A stretch of DNA of 64,000 bases, taken from assembly GCA_041658985.1 (NCBI GenBank), contig JBAZZC010000002.1:17120-81119 (forward strand), in the 5' to 3' direction. The stretch's first letter is position 1; each line of letters begins with the position of its first letter. The position numbers were made by a program, and so were the translations under genes. Below, piece by piece: positions 1-6,869 of this stretch. Source of the DNA: Minisyncoccota bacterium. GTDB taxonomy: Bacteria; Patescibacteriota; Minisyncoccia; Phycocordibacterales; DATDWN01. The notes beneath the pieces were generated by a model that saw only the letters and a list, made by a program, of their open reading frames with translations, made no database searches and was not told the DNA's origin.

Positions 1-1473
1 AGAGAATACGCTCAACAAAGAGGATATGATGTCGTAAAGGTTTTCAGGGATAGTTGCACGGGTGGAGGAGATTTTATGAATAGACCAGCAATGTCAGCCC
101 TTTTAGCCTTTCTGGATAAGGACCCAGTAAATAGTTACTTCGTGGTTTTTGATGATTTGAAAAGATTTGCTCGTGATACTGTATTTCATATCAAGCTAAG
201 ACGAGAGCTTGACGCTAGAGGAGCAACAGTAGGATGTCCGAACTTTACCTTTGAAGAAACACCAGAGGGTCAATTTATTGAAACAATAATTGCTGCTCAA
301 GGAGAGCTAGACAGAAAACAAAACCAAAGACAAGTGATACAGAAAATGAAGGCTAGGTTTGAGAAAGGATATTGGACTGTTGTTGCTCCATTAGGATACA
401 AGATGATGCAGGACCAAGTTCATGGAAAGATACTCAAAAAAGTAGAGCCTCAAGCAAGTATCATCAAAGAAGCTCTCGAAGGATTTGCTTCTGGTAGATT
501 TGAAAATCAGATTGATGTGCAGAATTTTCTACAACTAAATAAATTCAGAGGAGTAAAACCTGTTGCACTTGATTCAGTAAAAAAACTTTTGACTCGGTCA
601 GTCTATGCAGGATATGTTGAGTATGAAAAATGGAATGTGAGTAGACGAGTAGGACACCATGAACCAATTATCAGCTCTGTAATATTCCAAGAAATTCAAG
701 ATAAGCTAAATGGAAAAGTAAAAATCCTAACAAGAAAAGACAACACTAAGGAGTTTCCATTACGAGGATTTGTTCTTTGTCATGGTTGTAATAAAACAAT
801 GACAGCAAGTTGGACCACTGGCAGAAATGCAAAACACCCATATTATCATTGCAAGACAAAGGGTTGTTTTATGAAGGGAAAAAGCGTAAAAAGAAAGGTC
901 CTAGAGGACGAATTTGAGGCTATATTACGCTCTATAAAGCCCAAGGAGAAGACTTTAGCTTTAACAAAGGAAATACTACTAGATGTGTGGAATAAGAGAA
1001 TTGCTAATGTAGATATTATTCATAGAGAGCATGAAAACTCACTAGATGAGATTAGAGGAAAGATAAGAATGTTCTTAGATAGAATTGGAAAAACAGAAAA
1101 CGAAATGACAATCAAGACTTACGAAAAGGAAATGGAGAAGTTAACGCAAGAGGAGCAAACATTAGAGAATCAAATCAAAGTCATGAAAGGTAGTAGACCA
1201 GATTTTGGAACCGCTCTAGATATTACTTTTGATTTTCTGAAAAACCCTTATGTATACTGGAAGAAAGACGATTTAAAAGCAAAACACCTAGTATTGAAAC
1301 TGGTGTTTAGCGACCGATTAACATATGAACGAGGTCTAGGATTTCGAACCGCTAATTTATCCCTACCATTAAGGGTATTTGAGCTAAATCAACTAGACAA
1401 CTCTTCTTATGTGGACCCTAAGAGATTCGAACTCTTGACCTCCTCATTGCAAATGAGGCGCTCTACCAACTAA
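1..1473 (+). CDS. Large serine recombinase, 5'-truncated by the window edge. Resolvase-type catalytic domain, recombinase domain, Cys zinc-ribbon, coiled coil. Its 3' end overlaps tRNA-Ala.
   Basis: The reading frame is open from nt 1 (REYAQQRGYDVVKVFRDSCTGGGDFMNRPAMSALLAFL...). The DDLKRFARD and GATVGCPNFTFEE motifs are typical of the serine recombinase catalytic domain. There is a CHGC...YYHCKTKGC zinc ribbon. Confidence 0.7.
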   Translation, partial: REYAQQRGYDVVKVFRDSCTGGGDFMNRPAMSALLAFLDKDPVNSYFVVFDDLKRFARDTVFHIKLRRELDARGATVGCPNFTFEETPEGQFIETIIAAQGELDRKQNQRQVIQKMKARFEKGYWTVVAPLGYKMMQDQVHGKILKKVEPQASIIKEALEGFASGRFENQIDVQNFLQLNKFRGVKPVALDSVKKLLTRSVYAGYVEYEKWNVSRRVGHHEPIISSVIFQEIQDKLNGKVKILTRKDNTKEFPLRGFVLCHGCNKTMTASWTTGRNAKHPYYHCKTKGCFMKGKSVKRKVLEDEFEAILRSIKPKEKTLALTKEILLDVWNKRIANVDIIHREHENSLDEIRGKIRMFLDRIGKTENEMTIKTYEKEMEKLTQEEQTLENQIKVMKGSRPDFGTALDITFDFLKNPYVYWKKDDLKAKHLVLKLVFSDRLTYERGLGFRTANLSLPLRVFELNQLDNSSYVDPKRFELLTSSLQMRRSTN

Positions 1474-1484
1474 GCTAAGGGCCC
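1412..1484 (-). tRNA. tRNA-Ala (anticodon TGC), 73 nt, with the G3:U70 identity pair. The CCA end is not encoded.
   Basis: Reverse complement: GGGCCCTTAGCTTAGTTGGTAGAGCGCCTCATTTGCAATGAGGAGGTCAAGAGTTCGAATCTCTTAGGGTCCA. It folds as a cloverleaf. Anticodon loop is TT-TGC-AA. T-loop is TTCGAAT. Confidence 0.85.
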
Positions 1485-1718
1485 AATATTATTTAAAAAT
1501 TCTCTACCTTTTCCTGATTTCAAAAATCTTTCCCTTTTTATTGCCTCCACCTTTAAAGCATACGACTCAGTATAGATTAACTTATAAGGACCATTTTGAC
1601 TAGTGAATTTATTGGAACCATTATTGTGTTCAGTCAACCTTTCTACAGCGGTTTTTCCTGTATAGCCAATGTATCCTTTTTTATTTCTTAGACTTCTTAA
1701 TACATACACAACAAACAT
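1470..1718 (-). CDS. GIY-YIG nuclease family small protein; the 3' end of the ORF overlaps the tRNA 5' end by about 12 nt.
   Basis: YVLRS..KGYIGYTGKTAVERLTEHN matches the GIY-YIG motif. Size is about 82 aa. Confidence 0.6.
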   Translation of the reverse strand: MFVVYVLRSLRNKKGYIGYTGKTAVERLTEHNNGSNKFTSQNGPYKLIYTESYALKVEAIKRERFLKSGKGREFLNNIGPLA

Positions 1719-1766
1719 AATTTTTTGAATTCCGCCCCAGCCATAGGCTGGTCAGCCTTCGGCTGA

Positions 1767-1784
1767 AACTAAGCTAAGGGCCCA
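1767..1784. repeat. 18-nt direct repeat (aactaagctaagggccca) duplicating the 5' end of the tRNA-Ala gene (original at 1468-1485); an att-like or target-duplication signature.
   Basis: Exact 18/18 match, read directly. Confidence 0.7.
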
Positions 1785-1831
1785 GTAAATATTAGACTAA
1801 CAAAATTTTAATAACAGCACAAGTTTTATAA

Positions 1832-2422
1832 CTAAGCTACTACCCCGCTATTTTTTATATCATCGTAAAACTTGGCGTTGCTGATTTGTATATATGGTAT
1901 GAGCCAGAAAAAACCAATACCTAAGGTGGGAATACAAAGCAACATCCATCCAATAAATCTTAAACCCAAGCAGAATAATTTCCATTTATTACCCATCATC
2001 ATTTTTTTGCTTCTTTTTATAGCTTCTCTTGCGCCAACAGAGGCGTCATCGACTAGAATGTAAAATGTCATTGAGTATGAAAGGGCAGCTATAATGCCAG
2101 GAATTATCAAAAGCAATGTCCACAGCAACGTAAATAGCATTACAAGCAAGTATGCAGCCAGTGAAACACCAAATCTTTTGAAACCCTCAAAAATTTGTTC
2201 AAACCTAGGATTCTGGTTTCTTGATAACGACAAAGAAAAAATTACCAACCCAAGGGTCATTGGTCCGCTAATAAGTAAAAAAAGAATTGGACCAGCTTTT
2301 GGAATATATTGGATTGCACTACCAATTAAGACGTAAACAAACATAGTTCCTACAGCCAAGCCCCATTTACCAGCCAATGCTTCTCGTGCTTGCCTCATTA
2401 ATAGCGAGTTTTCTATTTTCAT
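1832..2422 (-). CDS. Polytopic membrane protein, DUF975/YciC-like.
   Basis: N-terminus MRQAREALAGKWGLAVG followed by 4-5 hydrophobic helices. Confidence 0.4.
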   Translation of the reverse strand: MKIENSLLMRQAREALAGKWGLAVGTMFVYVLIGSAIQYIPKAGPILFLLISGPMTLGLVIFSLSLSRNQNPRFEQIFEGFKRFGVSLAAYLLVMLFTLLWTLLLIIPGIIAALSYSMTFYILVDDASVGAREAIKRSKKMMMGNKWKLFCLGLRFIGWMLLCIPTLGIGFFWLIPYIQISNAKFYDDIKNSGVVA

Positions 2423-2830
2423 TAATTTAAATTAAATTTTATAACACCAGTATTGTATCATATAAAAACATGTTAAGATATGATTATAAGATAGGACATT
2501 AAAAATTAAATTAGGAACCTCTTTTCTTCTTTTTTGGTCATAGAACTTGGTCAAAAAGGAAGAGGGGGGCGCCTGACATTAGTCAGCCTATTGTGTCTCG
2601 TCAACACAATATACCAGCTTCTCTCAACTTTTATCAGTATGAAGATACTAAGAGTTGTGGGATTTGGGCTGGCTATTGTCATGCTCAAGTTCCTTATGCC
2701 AGAAATTTTCACTGGCATTGAGAACACGCTCCTCGTGTTCTTTCAAACTATCCAGACGATACTTGCAGGAAGCAAGTCGTCCATGACTGCGGGGTGGAGT
2801 CTCCCGATTCTCCCGCAGTAGGGATAGAAA

Positions 2831-2855
2831 CCGGCGCCTTCGGGTGCTGGTTTTT
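2831..2855 (+). terminator. Intrinsic terminator: CCGGCGCC-UUCG-GGUGCUGG followed by UUUUU.
   Basis: 8-bp stem with two G:U pairs, a UUCG tetraloop, then a T5 run. It closes the GC-rich segment 2534-2830. Confidence 0.6.
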
Positions 2856-2877
2856 GAAATATGATAAACTTAATAAC

Positions 2878-3237
2878 ATGGACAAAAATGTGATGAAGGA
2901 TACCTGGGTACCACTTTTGCTGTTTGTATTGTTTTTTGTTATTGAGGTTTTTCTTAAACCTTCAGAATCAACACTTACGACCTTAATTGTTTTTATTACT
3001 TTTGTTATTTTAGTGTTAGAGGTTCATAAGCATGAACCAAAAGTTTTTCTCTTAGGACTTATTATGGGATTGTTTATTGAGGTTGTTTTAGGACTGGTTT
3101 CAAGACAGCAGTTCTGGGATGACGCTTCTCTTATGGGTGTTCCTACTTGGCTACCAATTATCTGGGGAATTGGTTTTGTAATTATTACCCGAGTTGGTAT
3201 GAAGATTGAGGGTGTAAGGTGGCCGAAGGGTCAATAA
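2878..3237 (+). CDS. Small membrane protein, about 120 aa, 3-4 TM helices.
   Basis: ORF with ATG at 2878 (MDKNVMKDTWVPLLLFVLFF...), hydrophobic throughout. Confidence 0.45.
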   Translation: MDKNVMKDTWVPLLLFVLFFVIEVFLKPSESTLTTLIVFITFVILVLEVHKHEPKVFLLGLIMGLFIEVVLGLVSRQQFWDDASLMGVPTWLPIIWGIGFVIITRVGMKIEGVRWPKGQ

Positions 3238-3408
3238 AATGGAAAAAGTCTGGATTTTTAAAACAATTTTTATAATCTCTACTGATTCTGGGTTAAAAAT
3301 AAAAAAGAAAGATAGAAATAAATTTAAAATATTGTTTGGGGTTGGTGGTGAAAACCATTGACATAGTTAGTATTTGTGATATCATTAAGAAAGAAATGGA
3401 GGGAAACC

Positions 3409-3648
3409 ATGGGCCTGACTTTTTCGGGTAATTGGAACAATCACGTTTTGGCGATGGAAGAGTGTTGTGCTGGTCGTGGGAGAATGGAGATCACTCTCTC
3501 CGACGACCAGGAGCGAAAGCTCCAAAACGGCGGACTTGTCTCCCTGAAGGAGCGAGTCTCGCCGAGTCTCGCAGAGTGTCTCTCCGTCCGTCCCCATTGG
3601 CTCTCCGCGCCAGCGGCGCTCGTGGTTGATGCGACGAAGTCGCGCTGA
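3409..3648 (+). CDS. GC-rich small protein, cassette copy 1 (about 80 aa); paralog of 3861..4034.
   Basis: GGAGGG SD 5 nt before the ATG. About 60% GC in a 33% GC context. Followed by its own terminator. The MEITLSDDQERKLQNGGLVSLKERVSPSLAECL segment aligns with MEIDIPTKEYRRLLDGGLDRLKRKCSPNLASRLL of the paralog. Confidence 0.45.
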   Translation: MGLTFSGNWNNHVLAMEECCAGRGRMEITLSDDQERKLQNGGLVSLKERVSPSLAECLSVRPHWLSAPAALVVDATKSR

Positions 3649-3688
3649 CCATAAGCACCTCGCACCTCGCACCTCGTACCTTCCCGAA

Positions 3689-3722
3689 GCCGCACCTCTG
3701 CACAGGTGCGGCTTTATTCTTT
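3689..3722 (+). terminator. Intrinsic terminator: GCCGCACCU-cugcac-AGGUGCGGC followed by UUUAUUCUUU.
   Basis: Perfect 9-bp GC stem plus a T-rich tail. Confidence 0.75.
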
Positions 3723-3860
3723 GAACATAAAAACTTATTGAAATAGATCATAAATGTGTTAAGGTACAAAGCGGAGGGCAAAACATTGCCAAACTAAAAG
3801 TTCTCTGGGGATTGGGACAGACTCATCCCTGTCATGGAGGAGTACGCAAACTCCAACAGG

Positions 3861-4034
3861 ATGATGGAAATTGATATTCCAACTAAGGAATATCGGCGAC
3901 TTCTCGACGGCGGGCTAGATAGGCTGAAGAGAAAGTGCTCGCCGAATCTGGCTTCTCGCCTGCTTTTGCAAGAGGCGTTTGTAGAGGCCAGTCCGTCTCT
4001 CCTAATCTTTCACAAACCACTGCCGACGAGGTAG
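3861..4034 (+). CDS. GC-rich small protein, cassette copy 2 (possibly RHH-like: short strand then helices); the leader ORF is frameshifted relative to copy 1.
   Basis: MMEIDIPTKEYRRLLDGGLDRLKRK... About 55% GC. It has its own terminator with the same stem as copy 1. Confidence 0.4.
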   Translation: MMEIDIPTKEYRRLLDGGLDRLKRKCSPNLASRLLLQEAFVEASPSLLIFHKPLPTR

Positions 4035-4043
4035 TCTTAAGGA

Positions 4044-4075
4044 GCCGCACCCGTGGAGAGGTGCGGCTTTGTTCG
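4044..4075 (+). terminator. Intrinsic terminator: GCCGCACC-cguggaga-GGUGCGGC followed by UUUGUUCG.
   Basis: 8-bp perfect stem; same stem sequence as the terminator at 3689. Confidence 0.7.
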
Positions 4076-4125
4076 TTGAAGATAAAATTAAGGATGTTAT
4101 AATTATTGTATTATTAATTAGCTTC

Positions 4126-4237
4126 ATCCAGGCACTAACTTAGTGAGATGATAACATTTCTGCTAATCATGATTGTACATCGATGAACACGTGTTAACTT
4201 TTTATATAAGTTGTACTCATTAAGTTAGTGCCTGGAT
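4126..4237 (+). repeat. Family A palindromic leader element, divergent copy A1. Terminal inverted repeats atccaggcactaacttagtgag / ctcattaagttagtgcctggat. It ends 9 nt before the ATG at 4247.
   Basis: 21-nt inverted arms with 1 mismatch. Confidence 0.6.
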
Positions 4238-4246
4238 AAATTTATT

Positions 4247-4618
4247 ATGGACATTACACTTTTAGTTGCGAAAATATTAGGTATCTATTTGGTGGTCAGT
4301 GGTTTGTTTCTCATGATAAAAGGGAAAACTATTCCACATCTACTTAGAGATTTTTTTGACCACCCAGCGGTAGTTTATTTGACAGGTATAATTTTAATTT
4401 TCCTGTCTTCTATGTATCTTATTCAATATAATATCTGGGATGGAACATGGCGAGCTCTGGTAACCCTATTTGCCTGGATTGTTATGTTAAAAGGTCTGGC
4501 TTACATTTTTATTCCACAGGCTTTAGGTGAAGCCTCCGTTAAGAAGTTTAAAGGATTGTTTGGTGTTTATGGTTTAATTGCTATAGTGATTGGTGTTTAT
4601 CTGTTTTTTTTAGGCTAA
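4247..4618 (+). CDS. Small integral membrane protein (123 aa, 4 TM).
   Basis: Hydrophobic ORF immediately after the A1 element. Confidence 0.5.
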   Translation: MDITLLVAKILGIYLVVSGLFLMIKGKTIPHLLRDFFDHPAVVYLTGIILIFLSSMYLIQYNIWDGTWRALVTLFAWIVMLKGLAYIFIPQALGEASVKKFKGLFGVYGLIAIVIGVYLFFLG

Positions 4619-4747
4619 ACGAGAAAATGTCAAAATAAAGCCAAAACAGTGTGGGGTTGTGACCTTGCATTGTTTTGTGTCTTAATGGTGTGGATAGTTT
4701 ACGGGTAATTACAAATGTTATATAATACATATATTAATATTAAATTA

Positions 4748-4884
4748 ATCCGCACACTAACATTGGTATTGTGTCTTCCGTTGCTACTGTAAGTTATCAA
4801 AGCAGAGTGATGGAAGATAAGGTAGTATAGATACTAAATCTAAACCAGACACAATTGCAACGATACCAATGTTAGTGTGCGGAT
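4748..4884 (+). repeat. Family A element A2: terminal inverted repeats ATCCGCACACTAACATTGGTAT / ATACCAATGTTAGTGTGCGGAT, with internal paired boxes tgtgtct/agacaca and cgttgc/gcaacg.
   Basis: 22-bp perfect terminal inverted repeats. It ends 10 nt before the ATG at 4895. Confidence 0.7.
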
Positions 4885-4894
4885 AAATAAAAAT

Positions 4895-5080
4895 ATGGAA
4901 ATGAAAGCTTTGTGTATGAGATGTAGAGATGCTAAAAACAAACCTACAATGCAGATTATGAATAGTCCTAAGGTTTCAGAGAAAAAGAATAGATATTCTG
5001 CAAAAGGTCAGTGTGCAAAGTGTGGTGGAAATATGTTTAAATTTTTATCAAAAGCAGATGCAGATAATTTGAAAAAATAG
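4895..5080 (+). CDS. Small zinc-ribbon protein, 61 aa (CxxC...CxxC).
   Basis: MEMKALCMRCRD...CAKCGG. The ORF track began it at the GTG at 4877, which lies inside the A2 arm, so the ATG at 4895 is preferred. Confidence 0.45.
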   Translation: MEMKALCMRCRDAKNKPTMQIMNSPKVSEKKNRYSAKGQCAKCGGNMFKFLSKADADNLKK

Positions 5081-5173
5081 AGACCGCTTTGTTTCTTGTG
5101 AGTAAAAAATGAATATGATAGAATACCTTAGACCTTAATTTTACTTGAAATAAGGAAAATTATTATTAACTTC

Positions 5174-5309
5174 ATCCGCACACTAACATTGGTATTGTGT
5201 CTCCTGTTGCTACTGTGAGTTATCAAACAGAGTAGTAGAAGATAAAAAGGTGTAGATACTAAACCTAAACCAGACACAATTGCAACGATACCAATGTTAG
5301 TGTGCGGAT
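5174..5309 (+). repeat. Family A element A3, near-identical to A2.
   Basis: Same terminal inverted repeats and internal boxes. It ends 15 nt before the ATG at 5325. Confidence 0.7.
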
Positions 5310-5324
5310 AAAAAAGATAAAGAT

Positions 5325-6029
5325 ATGGATAAGAACAAAATTATTTCTATCATAGTTGTAGTGGTTGTTGTTTTGGCTGTTGCTGGGTTTTTTATGTTTC
5401 GTGGAGACAAAATAAACAATCCAACAAGTGGTAATCCAGAAAGTGTGGCTACTGTAAACGGAGTAACCATTTCAAAAACAGTTTATGATGCACAACTTAC
5501 TTCAGCAATTTCTTCATACAAGACTCAAGGAATAGATGTAACAAAAGCAGATGAATTGGCTAAAATAAAGACTCAAGTTTTAAATAACCTCATAGACAAT
5601 GAATTAGTCAGTCAGGGTATTGTAAGCAGTGGAATTAAGGTTGATGACGCTGATATTGAAAAACAAATTCAAGATATCATAAAACAAACAGGAGGGGCAG
5701 ATAAGTTCCAAGTAGAACTTACTAAGGCCAATCTTACAGAGGCGCAACTTAGAGATAATATATCTAAGCAACTTACTCTTCAAAAATACTTAGAAGCTAA
5801 TGTAGATGTGAGCAAGATTACAGTAAGTGACACCGAAATTTCAGAGTTCTATAAACAATACAGTGACGCTCAAAAAACAGCTTCTTCTACCACAAAAGTT
5901 CCAGCACTTAAGGAATTAAGTGACCAAATAAAACAACAAATCACATCAAATAAGCAACAAGCTTTAATTAATGATTTTGTTGCTTCCTTACGAAGTAAAG
6001 CTCAAATAACAACATCTACGGCTTTATAG
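5325..6029 (+). CDS. Membrane-anchored SurA N-terminal-domain-like chaperone/PPIase-domain protein.
   Basis: N-terminal TM helix, then VATVNGVTISKTVYDAQL..., typical of the SurA_N/PpiD-like family. Confidence 0.45.
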   Translation: MDKNKIISIIVVVVVVLAVAGFFMFRGDKINNPTSGNPESVATVNGVTISKTVYDAQLTSAISSYKTQGIDVTKADELAKIKTQVLNNLIDNELVSQGIVSSGIKVDDADIEKQIQDIIKQTGGADKFQVELTKANLTEAQLRDNISKQLTLQKYLEANVDVSKITVSDTEISEFYKQYSDAQKTASSTTKVPALKELSDQIKQQITSNKQQALINDFVASLRSKAQITTSTAL

Positions 6030-6065
6030 TTATTCTTTAAACGATTAACACAAAAACCACCCTCT

Positions 6066-6725
6066 TTATATCAAAAACCTGTTTTTTATAAGTGTCCAGA
6101 TTCCTATAATCGCATCAATTCCGCGAATCTTTTTGCCTTCCTCAAATGTTCTAGAAGTATAGGTGATTGGGATTTCAATTATAAGGGTCTTTGAACGCAA
6201 AAGTTTTGCTGTGATCTCAGCTTCTATTTCAAATCCATTAGATGTTAGTTTGAAAGACTTTAAAATAGGACTAGGAATAACTTTGTAACAAGTATAAATA
6301 TCAAAAAGGTTACTTTTATAGAGAATATTACAAACCCAGGAAAGAATGGTGTTGCCTATTTTATAGAAAAAATATCCTTGTTTTTTGTCACGTTTGCCAT
6401 ATATAGCGACATCATTTTTGGCCTGAAGCGATAATTTATATAATGTTTCTGGGTTATATTCTAAATCTGCGTCTTGTATAGCACAGAATGAACCCTTGGA
6501 TTGTTTTAGCCCCTCTCTTATAGCAAATCCTTTACCGTGGTTTTGTGGAAGTTGTATGTATTTTATATTTAGATATGATTCACAAATTATTCCTGTTGTG
6601 TCGGTAGAACCATCATCTACGACAATTATTTCGTGTTCAGTGTTTTGGAAAGCTCTCTGGGTAGAAGTCAAAACCTGAAATATGGTTTTTTCTTCGTTAT
6701 ATGCTGGGATAATAATTGAAATCAT
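6066..6725 (-). CDS. Family 2 glycosyltransferase (dolichyl/polyprenyl-phosphate sugar synthase-like).
   Basis: MISIIIPAYNEE...IIVVDDGSTD is the GT2 signature. Confidence 0.7.
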   Translation of the reverse strand: MISIIIPAYNEEKTIFQVLTSTQRAFQNTEHEIIVVDDGSTDTTGIICESYLNIKYIQLPQNHGKGFAIREGLKQSKGSFCAIQDADLEYNPETLYKLSLQAKNDVAIYGKRDKKQGYFFYKIGNTILSWVCNILYKSNLFDIYTCYKVIPSPILKSFKLTSNGFEIEAEITAKLLRSKTLIIEIPITYTSRTFEEGKKIRGIDAIIGIWTLIKNRFLI

Positions 6726-6758
6726 TTATATATTGTTAATTACAAACTTTTTGCTTGA

Positions 6759-6845
6759 CATATATTTTCTAGAGCACGCATAAATCGCTGGTGCGATTTT
6801 GCTCTGTCTCGGCTACCCGCCTGCGAAGTCTCTAGAAAATATATG
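6759..6845. repeat. Palindromic intergenic element: 16-17-bp perfect inverted repeats (catatattttctagag / ctctagaaaatatatg) enclosing a GC-rich core with an inner hairpin AAATCGC-tggt-GCGATTTT.
   Basis: Read directly. The inner hairpin motif recurs at 25104-25122. Confidence 0.6.
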
Positions 6846-6869
6846 TCTACGCAGTAATTTTGTAATTGG

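Noticed and set aside
2534-2870. Possible tmRNA, RNase P RNA or SRP RNA in the GC-rich segments (also tested at 25080-25320 and 46440-46700).
   Set aside because: None of the universally conserved motifs (RNase P GGAAAGUCCGG / ACAGAACCCGGCUUA; the tmRNA tRNA-like 3' end with T-arm and CCA; the SRP domain IV GGAA...AGCAGCC) could be found on either strand.
3385-3781. Minus-strand ORFs overlapping the GC-rich cassettes (3385..3672, 3441..3695, 3491..3781).
   Set aside because: These are typical of spurious open frames in GC-rich DNA. The SD sites and terminators are on the + strand, and the paralog alignment holds only for the + strand frames.
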